This document shows, piece by piece, positions 53,482 through 63,195 of a stretch of 64,000 nt of DNA; position 1 is the stretch's first letter, and each line of letters opens with the position of its first letter. Made by a program: the position numbers and the translations under genes. The stretch comes from Synechococcus sp. GTDB lineage: Bacteria > Cyanobacteriota > Cyanobacteriia > PCC-6307 > Cyanobiaceae. The DNA is taken from NCBI GenBank assembly GCA_047285535.1, contig JBJBDC010000001.1:640136-704135 (forward strand), given 5' to 3'. Below the pieces are notes generated by a model that searched no databases, was not told the origin of the DNA, and saw only the letters and a list, made by a program, of their open reading frames with translations.

Positions 53482-53867
53482 GAAACGGCTGCAAGTCAAC
53501 ACATTTTTACAACTATTTACCCCTCAACCGCGAGCTGCCCCCTGCATTCGAAGTCGACCGAGTGCAGCGCCAACGCTAAAAAGACTAAATTTCCGTGCAT
53601 AAGGACAGATCTCAGTGGACTATGAATGCTTAATATTTAGCCTTAAAAGAAGTAAGTCATTGAATCAGATACTACAAAATGGCACAGCTAAGCTCTTATT
53701 TACTAATTACACTGATGAACCAGTAGTTCCAATCGATCACCAAAATATCATTACAATTGTCTTGGTGCCATTGAATTTATATCAATGAAGAAGTAACTCA
53801 TAAGTGATCAGCATAAATTTAGAAAGGACAGTCAACTATTTTAACAAGCTATCCAATTGAAGTCGGA

Positions 53868-54582
53868 ATGTTTCAGGTGTCAACAAAATTGCTGTTAGGC
53901 ATCACCCTAGGAATTTTGGTTGATGTGAATCCGATGTTGGTTCTGATTCCTTTCGCCATAGGATTTGCACATTTCGTCATTCAACTTGTTGATAGTAGTT
54001 CTCTCGCTACTGATGCCTTACTCAATATCGTGTATTCAAACTCGCTAGCTGCTGCAATCCTGGCTCTCAGCCGCATGGATACCTACAGTGGGGGAATAAA
54101 ACAATTTCTTTTCGGAGACGTCCTAGAAATTAATAATTTGGATTTAATAATTGTCGGCATACTCTTACTAGCCAGATTCGTTGATTTAAGCATAAGCATT
54201 TGAGCTCAAATTTTTGCTGACTCTCAATATAGAACTTGCAGGAGCAGTGGATGTGAGAACACGTTGGCATCGTTTAACCTTTATTATTTTATTAGCGATT
54301 GTTGTCGCTGTATCAATCAAGGCTGTTGGTATCCTGCTTATTAGTGCTTTTGTCGTAATACCTGCTTGTGCTGGTCGATTATTCTCTCGTCTCTTCCCTA
54401 ATGATAATCTTACTTCAGCAATTCATGGAGGCCCTTATACACTGCTAGGACTTTTATTATCGGGCCTTACTGATCAGCCGTCAGGACCTTCAGTTGTGAT
54501 GGATCAGTTCATAGGATTTTTGATAGTTCTTTTCATCAGCGGAAATCAACTCATGCGGAAAGGAGTCGCTGCCCCAGACTAG
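53868..54582 (+). pseudogene. Disrupted ZnuB/MntB-type (ABC-3) metal permease
   Basis: Two fragments in different frames (..QFLFGDVL.. and ..VSIKAVGILLISAFVVIPACA..PSGPSVV), separated by TGA 54201-54203 and a +1 shift near a T-run; N-terminal helices missing. Confidence 0.8.
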
Positions 54583-55435
54583 TCCCAAATTCTTGATGTA
54601 AACCCAAGCGACCATTCATTCTTGTTGTCTTGTTCGCATAATCAGCAAGTAACTCCATTTCTTGCTTTGAACGGGGTGGTGCTGCATCTGCAAGAACAAT
54701 ATGCATTGGACATTCGAGCATTTTGGCTTGCGCAATCCACCAGGACCGATCTCCCGCCGGGTCTAAACCGCCACTAACAAAAGAGGCACTGGCGAAACGA
54801 GCACCTGATCGTCGACTTAACCGTTGTTGTTCCTGAATACGTTCAGGCGTCAACTGATTAGTATTGACCCATACATGTCGACGAAGCATCGCTTTCAACA
54901 CAGCTCTGTGGGTGTTGAGTCGATAAAGAACAGGTCCAATAACAGGATTAGACACAAGCCATCTCACCCACGCGAATGACTTTGGATGCCATCCAGTCAT
55001 GGTAGGCAAAGGACCCCGCCATGTAGGCGCTATGAGAACCAGCTCGTCCCAATTCTTCGAACATTCAGAAGCAAGACCAAGAGCAATTGATGCACTATGG
55101 CCTGCGGCTAATAGTGTAGGTTTCTTGAGATTTCTTTCAGCTAGATGTTTAAATATAGCGAGTAGAGCCTGCCTTAGAAGTGCATTGTCGTATTTGATCG
55201 GCGGTCGATCACTCTCACCAAATCCTGGCCAGTCAAAACTAACCACATGCCTTTTTGTATTGGTAGCATGTGCTAACTCTATCCATTCGCTTCTGCTTGA
55301 GACTGTACTCAAAGCTGGCAACAATAACCACAAGGGAGCTTCTTCTGGACCGAGACTTTCAACAATCAATTGGATCTCTTGTTGATCATAAGTAAATCTT
55401 ACTGATTCAAGATTGCCGCCAAGTTGCGCCTTCAT
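54551..55435 (-). CDS. Alpha/beta hydrolase-fold protein
   Basis: LLLPALSTVS, DWPGFGESD, LVLIAPTW, GRLGLHQE. Confidence 0.85.
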   Translation of the reverse strand: MKAQLGGNLESVRFTYDQQEIQLIVESLGPEEAPLWLLLPALSTVSSRSEWIELAHATNTKRHVVSFDWPGFGESDRPPIKYDNALLRQALLAIFKHLAERNLKKPTLLAAGHSASIALGLASECSKNWDELVLIAPTWRGPLPTMTGWHPKSFAWVRWLVSNPVIGPVLYRLNTHRAVLKAMLRRHVWVNTNQLTPERIQEQQRLSRRSGARFASASFVSGGLDPAGDRSWWIAQAKMLECPMHIVLADAAPPRSKQEMELLADYANKTTRMNGRLGLHQEFGTSLGQRLLSA

Positions 55436-55686
55436 AGCCAGATTCTCCAAAAGGCTCTCATCTGTTGATCAAATTCAAAATATAGGGCAGCTACACGATG
55501 GCAACAACATTTTTGTGATGATCAGAGTAATCCTTGCCAAAGGATAACAATACTTTCTACGCAGTAAGCAGATAGTTCAGCTTCAATTACAGCCTCATAG
55601 CATTAATACCGTATTAACTTGCTGGAACATCAACAAGTAAAACATCATTAACAATTGCAATGAGATGAAGAATGGTGAATCAAGAT

Positions 55687-57165
55687 TCAAGGATTATATA
55701 TCTGAATTTGGCTGAAAAGATCTAAACCCTGAAATGTTGCATCCCCCGCGCTGTTAACGGTTAGCACTCCATCAGCAAAAGCAACAAAGGGATGGTTTGC
55801 TTCTAATCCAGTCGCAGCTGATATGCCCCCAAGTCTTTCAAAACCATTGACAGACATAACCTGAAAGTTATCAGTAACAACTGAACCAGCAATATGATAC
55901 GACCCTTCAGGCAGCAATAGAGTGTCGGTACCACTTCCTCCCAAAAATTCTCCATTTCCAAATCCGGTCAAAATATCATTACCATCTTCAAGGTAGATGG
56001 TTCCAGTACCCATAAATCCCGCAGAGTTATGAGCAGCCACGATATCGTCTCCCTCACCTAACTTGATTGAACCATTATTGACAAATTGTCCATTAACAGC
56101 GACTACAATATCATTTCCACCGTGAGTATCAATCAAATAATTATTGTGAAATGCAGTTCCTTGTAAACTTGAGCTTTTTCCACCAAGTTGGTCATCTCCA
56201 TTGCCAAAGGAAATTAAATGCTGATTTTGAATGCCAACAATCCCGCCATCCCCAACAAGGATGTTATTGCCATGTCCCATTTCAATTCTCCCCTTATTAT
56301 CGATGCCTACGAGCTCACTATGGCCGGTTAACTGATCATCTCCATTACCCATACTGATTGTACCTTGCTCATGAGCAAGTACATACTTATCTGTATTGAA
56401 CAAGGCTTGATTACAAATGCCAGCCAATTTGCCATTTCCATTAATCCTGTCATTTTCGTCTCCGGTATCGATCATTCCATGATTCTTGATCCCCCACAGG
56501 TTGTCAGACTGATTACCGTCGAGGCTTCCAGTTCCAACAATTGTGTCGGACCCTGATTGAGTTTTGATATATCCAAAGTTATGCAAACCAATAATCCTGC
56601 CGCTACCTACTAAAAGATCTTGCCCAGTGCCCATATCAATTAAACCCTTATTCCGAATCCCGTATTCAGCCTTCCCTTGACTATAGCCAATTATAAAGTC
56701 ATTTCCAGACTCAGTATAAATATTTCCGTGATTGCATATTCCACCACAGCCAACGCCGGATCCAATACCACTTATAATATCATTTCCTTCACGCATATTT
56801 AATGATCCAGTGTCCGTAATTGCAATACCAATCCCTAATGAATTGCCGACCAATGTGTCGTCGCTCTCAGTCCACACAGTTGGTCTACCCACAAGCTTGT
56901 CCCACCATCTTTTCACGGATGCATAGGAATCTAGTGGTGAATTAACGGATGAATAAGGCTTGCTTCTTGCACTAGAAATGCTTACAAGGTTCCGCCGTTT
57001 GTATTGGGGCAATCCGACTAATACGTCTTGATATTCAAAGTCCAGAGCTTGTCGCTTTGACCGTAATTGATTGATCTCACTATTCGACGATCGTTGAATC
57101 TTCAGCATGGGATCACTCCTTAATGAATAGCATCGAAAAGGCATCTCTACCCCTGATAGAGTCAC
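55687..57165 (-). CDS. Gly/Asn/Asp-rich RTX-like repeat protein
   Basis: Repeated GIxNxGxIxxGxGxDxxxG units; GGSGTDTL near the C-terminus; start uncertain (ATG 57108 plausible). Confidence 0.75.
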   Translation of the reverse strand: MTLSGVEMPFRCYSLRSDPMLKIQRSSNSEINQLRSKRQALDFEYQDVLVGLPQYKRRNLVSISSARSKPYSSVNSPLDSYASVKRWWDKLVGRPTVWTESDDTLVGNSLGIGIAITDTGSLNMREGNDIISGIGSGVGCGGICNHGNIYTESGNDFIIGYSQGKAEYGIRNKGLIDMGTGQDLLVGSGRIIGLHNFGYIKTQSGSDTIVGTGSLDGNQSDNLWGIKNHGMIDTGDENDRINGNGKLAGICNQALFNTDKYVLAHEQGTISMGNGDDQLTGHSELVGIDNKGRIEMGHGNNILVGDGGIVGIQNQHLISFGNGDDQLGGKSSSLQGTAFHNNYLIDTHGGNDIVVAVNGQFVNNGSIKLGEGDDIVAAHNSAGFMGTGTIYLEDGNDILTGFGNGEFLGGSGTDTLLLPEGSYHIAGSVVTDNFQVMSVNGFERLGGISAATGLEANHPFVAFADGVLTVNSAGDATFQGLDLFSQIQIYNP

Positions 57166-57212
57166 TATCGCCTCAATCTACTGATCCTTCATTGACCTGA
57201 TTCAAGGCAAGT

Positions 57213-57228
57213 TGTGATCTCACTCACA
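57213..57228. promoter_or_regulatory. CRP-type binding site
   Basis: TGTGA-TCTCAC-TCACA, a perfect TGTGA-N6-TCACA, just upstream of the RTX-like gene. Confidence 0.55.
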
Positions 57229-58315
57229 GGGGCATCAAATGATTGATTCACTAGCAATAACAATCATGAACGAATGCCAAATTCCAAAATCACTTCATCA
57301 GTACAGTTGAAACAAAAGCATCGATCTCAGTAGCTTGATTTCAATTCTAAGCTTGATTGAGAGTTTATACAACGGGGAATCTGCGCGAAATTGCCTGATA
57401 TCGCAAAACATCAACCCCAGATCAACTAACATCTTTCAATAATCGGTATAGACTCAGAAGATTTCGCCACCAGATCAATTTTAAAATTTAAATGGATAAT
57501 TTAATAGATAGCTACCTTGAACAAAACCTCCGGACTTGATTTAACTATGAGCTACGGTTACAAAAATTTTACTACCACATTGGCGAGAGTCTGTAGAATC
57601 AGTTGTATGGAAAGCCGTGAAGATTGAACAGGGATCAACAATACAAACAACCTTCTCAAGGTTTAGTAGTTTTGAAATCTAATTTGTGGCAGGGCAATGA
57701 ACCAAACGCCCCAGCCTCCTTCCAAGTGGTACTGAAGCAGTGAGGATGCCATCTCCAACTCCTAAGCTCGATCGCGAAGCTGCTCAAGGGCCAAATCTCC
57801 GCATTGGACAGGTTGGAGCTGTAGAGGCGAAATTTGCTCTATCCACATCACAAAAGGAGACCCGACCCATGTTGTGAACGTCTGCTGTAGAACTACTTTT
57901 ATTCAAAATCCACAACGACCACAGCGAACTCATTTTCTAATTCATCCGAAAAGGTATACATGAGCCATTTCAAGGTTTGATGTGCCCAAAAGTTTGTTGT
58001 GGCCAATCGTTCCTAGCAAAGGCCCCATTCCTTCATGAGTGTCCATCAAAAAGAGCAGAAGAAGGATACTGACCATCGCTCTCACGAAATTGTGGACTGT
58101 CGTCGGTCTTCATAGCAATTCTATTGGGCGAGTATGTTTCGGTGACAAGAAATACACTTTGAAAACGGTATATATTGACGCAACGACGCCTTATCCCCAG
58201 CCTCATGATTGAGAGAGTTATGCAAACTGTCTGTGGAAATTCTGATTGGAATTGCTTTATTGCTGCCTTTATCGGCATTAGCAATTCAGGCTTATGAATC
58301 TGATGTTGATGATGA

Positions 58316-58792
58316 TCAATGCGACTTTCTTTGATCATTGAAATCAGTGGTGATTGATACAGCTGTCTGTCGCAATGTTTTTTTGCTACAAATTTGTTTG
58401 ATCACTGCTTCATCAGAGAGACATTGTTCTTGACCCCTTTCATCAGACCCTCCGCTCAGCGAAGCAGTGGATAACACCATCTCTGGACAATCGTCTGGAA
58501 GTTGGTCCAGATCTGAATGCATCGAATGTGGCTCCTCAGTTTCTGTTTGATGGGCTAGCTGAGGTGACGGGCGAACCAACGGAGGCAGAGAAGAACCAAC
58601 TACACCTTCTGTTTGTGGTTGCATTGCCGAATCTGGATCAGCAATGACTCCTACAGATTGTCCAGCCAACCTGCAACGCCAACCTGATCGAGGCAACCAT
58701 TGCGAGACTGGATCGAAAGAACTCCCATCGAACTGCGCATGATCAGGTTGAGCTTTGAATGTCGACAGATGTCCGTCGGGGGTGGCGGCCAT
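58316..58792 (-). CDS. Hypothetical, probably disordered protein
   Basis: ORF of about 158 aa rich in S/D/E/Q/P; no recognised motif. Confidence 0.4.
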   Translation of the reverse strand: MAATPDGHLSTFKAQPDHAQFDGSSFDPVSQWLPRSGWRCRLAGQSVGVIADPDSAMQPQTEGVVGSSLPPLVRPSPQLAHQTETEEPHSMHSDLDQLPDDCPEMVLSTASLSGGSDERGQEQCLSDEAVIKQICSKKTLRQTAVSITTDFNDQRKSH

Positions 58793-58866
58793 AGCTTGAC
58801 TCCAGCATGACTCCAGCAAATTGATCATCAATCGAGGGTCGTGGCTGGGGGCTGTTCACCTTTCGA

Positions 58867-60705
58867 TTGCATGCTGCTGCAGAGACGATCAAGGCTGACC
58901 AAGCTGGTCTGCGTAGCCAACATCTCAGCTTGCAAAGTCCTATCCCGATACTCGCTCTGCTGCTGATGCTGCGTATCTGGAGTGTCATGGGAGCTGCAGC
59001 AGCGGCTCCGGTCAGCCGAAGCGACCCGGAATCCTCCGATCCCGGCCGGAAGAGAATCTCAACGGCCGCAGGTGCTGCTGTTGTCGTCACGGCCAATCCA
59101 TTGGCCAGTTCTGCAGCTTTATCCGTTCTCAAAAACGGAGGGACCTCAGCTGATGCCCTGGTCACAGCGCAATCCGTACTGGCGGTTGTGGAGCCACAGA
59201 GCTCCGGTCTCGCTGGTGGAGGTTTTCTTCTCTACTGGGATGCTCATGACCAATCGCTAGAGGTGCTGGATGGCCGCGAAGTCGCACCCATACGCAGCCA
59301 TCCAGACGACCTTCTGAACCCATCCGGATCCCCCGTGCCCTGGCGTGAGGCAACGGCAAGGCTGGATGCGATCGGCATCCCCGGAACGGTGGCCCTACTT
59401 TGGGAAGCCCATCAGCAGTTTGGACATCTGCCCTGGTCCAACACTCTGCAAGCAGCCATCAAGTTGGCCAGAGATGGTTTCAGGCCGAGCCCGCGGCTGT
59501 TGCGCTCCATCAGCATGGCCCAGCAGATCGGAGTGAGTCACAGCAGGGCCTTTCAATCGCTCTATCTGCCGGGAGGTCAACCACCCCCGTCCAATCAAGT
59601 CTTCCGCAATCCAGACCTGGCTCGCACGCTGGAGATTCTGGCGCAAAACGGCGGCCCTGCCTTCTACCGGGGAGCACTGGCCCAAAAGATCCTGCAGCAG
59701 ATGAGTGCACTGCAGCTCAGAGAACCCGGATTCCGAGGTTGGAGCGAAGCAGATCTGTCGTCTTACTCCGTGGTTCGACGGCAAGCTCTCTGCAGCGAAC
59801 AGCTGCAGCATCGAATCTGCACCATGCCACCGCCGAGCAGTGGCGGACTGGCCATGCTGCAGACCCTGGCACTGCTGAATCAAACCACTGATCTGTCGAG
59901 TTCCAACGCTGGTGATCCGCAGACCTGGCGTCAATTGGCCAGCGCTCAGGTCTGGGCCGATGCAGATCGCCTCTACTGGGTGCATGACCCGATCGATGCA
60001 AGGATCCCAGCCGCGACCCTGCTTGATCCGGGTTACATCAGCAATCGCGCCAGAGCCATGCAGACATTACCCGCCAATCAATCCGCACCAGGACTGCCAG
60101 CGGGGATTGATCGTTATCCCTTCGGTCGATTTCAAAAAGGTCGCGAACAGGGAACAACTCAGATCACGATCGTGGATAAAGACGGCAACATCGCCAGCTA
60201 CACCTCTTCAGTGGAGACGGTCTTCGGCAGCAGGCATCTGGTGGCTGGGATGGTGATGAACAATCAGCTCACCGACTTCGCCTTTGAGCCCACGATTGAG
60301 GGCAAGCCGGTAGCCAATCGTCGTCTGCCTGGTCGCAGACCGATGTCATCAATGGCTCCCACGCTGGTGTTCAGCAACGACAGGCCAGTGCTTGCACTCG
60401 GCAGCCCAGGCGGTCGCAGCATTCCCCATTTGCTCAGCCGGGTTCTGCTCGCGTCTTTGATCTGGAATGAATCGCCTGAGCGGGCCGTCGGCCTTCCCCA
60501 TCTCTCCAGCCGCAGCCGCACGCTGGTGCTCGAGAAGAATCCACCCCTCCCATGGCCACTGCCGCTGAAGCATCTCGACAGCCACGAAGCACAAAAACGC
60601 CTGCAACGCATCGGCAGTGGCACCGCTCTGGTGCAGTGGATCAACAGCCGTTGGCATGGCGCTGCCGACCCGCGCCGGGAGGGAACAGCTCTGGCTCTGC
60701 CCTAA
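58867..60705 (+). CDS. ggt: Gamma-glutamyltransferase
   Basis: VVEPQSSGLAGGGF, DGREVAP, PPPSSGG, catalytic Thr in GTTQITIVD, NNQLTDF, RPMSSMAPT, GSPGG, AADPRREG; the true start is probably further downstream. Confidence 0.93.
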   Translation: MHAAAETIKADQAGLRSQHLSLQSPIPILALLLMLRIWSVMGAAAAAPVSRSDPESSDPGRKRISTAAGAAVVVTANPLASSAALSVLKNGGTSADALVTAQSVLAVVEPQSSGLAGGGFLLYWDAHDQSLEVLDGREVAPIRSHPDDLLNPSGSPVPWREATARLDAIGIPGTVALLWEAHQQFGHLPWSNTLQAAIKLARDGFRPSPRLLRSISMAQQIGVSHSRAFQSLYLPGGQPPPSNQVFRNPDLARTLEILAQNGGPAFYRGALAQKILQQMSALQLREPGFRGWSEADLSSYSVVRRQALCSEQLQHRICTMPPPSSGGLAMLQTLALLNQTTDLSSSNAGDPQTWRQLASAQVWADADRLYWVHDPIDARIPAATLLDPGYISNRARAMQTLPANQSAPGLPAGIDRYPFGRFQKGREQGTTQITIVDKDGNIASYTSSVETVFGSRHLVAGMVMNNQLTDFAFEPTIEGKPVANRRLPGRRPMSSMAPTLVFSNDRPVLALGSPGGRSIPHLLSRVLLASLIWNESPERAVGLPHLSSRSRTLVLEKNPPLPWPLPLKHLDSHEAQKRLQRIGSGTALVQWINSRWHGAADPRREGTALALP

Positions 60706-60778
60706 AGCTGCTGTGGGGAGGCCACTGCTCTTGGCTGTCAATTAGCGCCATCATCTTTATACCAAGCTTTCAGCCCTG

Positions 60779-61639
60779 ATGGCCTCTGCCAACGGTTCCG
60801 GATCGCCCCTGCTTCTGATTCATCCCATCGGAGTGGGACTCTCCTCCCGGTTCTGGGACCGGTTCATTCAGCGCTGGAAGCATGAGGATCCTGCCGCCGT
60901 GCTGCTCGCACCTGATCTGATCGGCTGCGGCGAAGGGGAATTCAGCCGCCAACCACTCACCCCCGAAGACTGGGCGCAACCATTGATCAGACTGCTGCGA
61001 GAACGCAACTCCGGGCCGGCAGTGCTTGTAACCCAGGGCACCTCGCTGCCGATCGCCCTGGCACTGCTGGAGCAGGCACCTGAACTGGTGAACGGACTGG
61101 TGGCTGTCAGCCCACCGGGTTGGCGAGTGCTGTCGGAAGCGACGCCGATTGCGAGGGCGAATCGGCTTTGGCGCTGGCTGTTCAGCGGTCCCGCCGGAAA
61201 CCTGTTCTATCGTTATGCGCGTCGCCGAGAGTTTCTGCGCTCCTTTTCAGAGAAGAATCTGTTCGCGGAGGCAAAGTCCGTCGACGAGGAATGGCTGCAG
61301 ACTCTGAAGGAGGGGTCACGGGCGATGAACACCCGCTGGTCGGTTTATTCATTTCTGGCCGGCTTCTGGCGGCGAGACTGGGAACCGCAGTTGACCAGTC
61401 TGACCATTCCGCTGTTGGTGGTGTTCGGCAGTTCAGCCACGGGGATCGGACGTTCCCGCAGCTGGGATAATTTCAGCGAGCGACTCGAAACCTACCGGCT
61501 CAAACTTCCTCAAGCTGTGATCGAGACCATCCCTGGCAGAAATGTCCTGCCCTACGAATCCACAGACGACTGTGTGCTCAGCATCAGCCATTGGATGGCT
61601 GCTCAGCAGAAGGGAAAAGACTCTGCGCTAACTCCTTAG
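60779..61639 (+). CDS. Alpha/beta hydrolase-fold protein
   Basis: LLLIHPIGVGLS..FW, PDLIGCG, SFLAGFWR, PLLVVFG, GRNVLPYE. Confidence 0.85.
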   Translation: MASANGSGSPLLLIHPIGVGLSSRFWDRFIQRWKHEDPAAVLLAPDLIGCGEGEFSRQPLTPEDWAQPLIRLLRERNSGPAVLVTQGTSLPIALALLEQAPELVNGLVAVSPPGWRVLSEATPIARANRLWRWLFSGPAGNLFYRYARRREFLRSFSEKNLFAEAKSVDEEWLQTLKEGSRAMNTRWSVYSFLAGFWRRDWEPQLTSLTIPLLVVFGSSATGIGRSRSWDNFSERLETYRLKLPQAVIETIPGRNVLPYESTDDCVLSISHWMAAQQKGKDSALTP

Positions 61640-61663
61640 CCCACCAGGCAGCTCGAGTGGACA

Positions 61664-61915
61664 TTGATCGTGACAGTGGTGATCCATTGCTGGCGGAACG
61701 GCACCACCTTCTGCCCCTTCCAGCTCCAGACTGCACAAACCGTCGAAAACAGAAGAATCCGTCATTCCTGCTCTGGCCAGGTCGAAGCCAGTGACAGCCG
61801 ACGTCAAAGCCATGACTCGAACGACTTGGGTTCTGGCCGGCATTACTTGGCTCGAAAACTGAGACATCAGGTCCTGCCTGAGCTGGCCTCACTGATCACG
61901 TGCAACTGCAGCTAG
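61664..61915 (+). CDS. Hypothetical protein
   Basis: 83-aa Cys/His-containing ORF directly downstream of the hydrolase gene, same strand. Confidence 0.4.
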   Translation: MIVTVVIHCWRNGTTFCPFQLQTAQTVENRRIRHSCSGQVEASDSRRQSHDSNDLGSGRHYLARKLRHQVLPELASLITCNCS

Positions 61916-62121
61916 TCAAGAAGGACAAACTCTTTCAATGACTCTGCTGGTGCTGGCCTGGCCCTAACAGATGGGATGAGCAAGGGTATGAAGCCGGTGA
62001 AATTGCTCACGAAGATCCCATCAGACAAGGTCATGAAACCGAACCTGTCTGGGCGGCTGTCCCTGCTTCCTAAGAGATCAGCACCGGGAATAGACCATGC
62101 AGGTCCCACTAGGAGACACCC

Positions 62122-62355
62122 ATGACAACAACCACTCTTCACACGCCCACCGGACTGGTGACTCACGATCTGGAAGGGCATGACAATGTCTACGCAAAAG
62201 AGACACCGATGGAAATGGTTGGCCCTGACGCCGGCTGGGGATTCCACGAGCGTGCAGAGAAGCTGAACGGTCGACTAGCGATGCTCGGCTTTATTGCTGC
62301 CATCGCTACAGAGCTCATCAGCGGCGAAGGGCTGCTCCATACCATCGGTCTCTGA
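62122..62355 (+). CDS. hli: High-light-inducible protein
   Basis: AEKLNGRLAMLGF chlorophyll-binding motif; AGGAG Shine-Dalgarno upstream. Confidence 0.93.
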   Translation: MTTTTLHTPTGLVTHDLEGHDNVYAKETPMEMVGPDAGWGFHERAEKLNGRLAMLGFIAAIATELISGEGLLHTIGL

Positions 62356-62361
62356 ACCGGA

Positions 62362-62520
62362 TCAAACCGATTCAGGCATCAACTCAGTGACGTTTGGCAT
62401 CGGGTCAGGCTTCCCATCAGCAATGTCTCGAGCCCGCAGATAAAACCAGCTGGTGGTGTCGCCATTGGCTGCCATCTGTTCAGCAATGGTTTTCCAGTTG
62501 TTGATTTCGGCTTGATCCAT
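62362..62520 (-). CDS. Small hypothetical protein (52 aa, not in ORF track)
   Basis: Manual translation MDQAEINNWKTIAEQMAANGDTTSWFYLRARDIADGKPDPMPNVTELMPESV; convergent with hli across a shared hairpin. Confidence 0.65.
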   Translation of the reverse strand: MDQAEINNWKTIAEQMAANGDTTSWFYLRARDIADGKPDPMPNVTELMPESV

Positions 62521-63195
62521 GGGAATGTCTAAACATCGTTAATGCTGGAATGTGACCGTTGTTTCTGCGACTCCACTAAGTCGTGATGACCGCCACTCGG
62601 ATCGATCCGGGTGGCATTAAGCGGGGCGTTGACGGGTTGCAACCGAGCCGACACGAAGAGCGCTACAGATCGCAAAGCCAATCACCGCAACCGATTGCAC
62701 TACATTGGAAGATGGAGACATCACTGGGATGAACACGGATTCGCGCAACATGCTCAGTTGTTTGGACAGGCCGACTCGGGCTGTGGTCGTCAGCTGAGCT
62801 CGCATCTGCAGGAGCATCCTGGTCTGATACGCGAGAAACGTAGCTTGAGGCGACAGGGGGGTGATCTTCCCTACGTGCTGACCCTCCATCTGAAAGCCAG
62901 CCCACTGCAGATTGCCAAGAGTGATCCGATGGCACCTGAACACCAGAGGTCCTTGGATTAATTGCGTTGGGATGCTGTCGAAAGCCATGCTGACATTGGC
63001 GATCATTCAACAATGATCTGTGGATGACTTAAGGGCCGTCACCCAAAACCGGGATCGAAAAATCATCTCAGAAAACAATGATCGCCAACAACAACTAATC
63101 AATACAAAGCCAGGAAAGCTGATGAAATCACTATGACGCCGGAGCATCAATGAGAAGAAATTCATCAAGTCAACGATGCTGGCGTTTGCTGTTCA

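Noticed and set aside
53505..53523. HLR1/RpaB-like direct repeat TTTACAAC-TA-TTTACCCC
   Set aside because: The second half-site is too degenerate.
57660..57900. Possible minus-strand gene remnant with an internal TAG
   Set aside because: No recognisable homology by eye; would need a tBLASTx search.
58743..60779. Many alternative-frame and antisense ORFs over ggt (and similarly over the ligase, pyk and ftsH)
   Set aside because: Shadow ORFs expected in GC-rich coding DNA.
62586..63013. Three overlapping 116-129 aa ORFs
   Set aside because: No frame can be favoured; possibly a frameshifted remnant.
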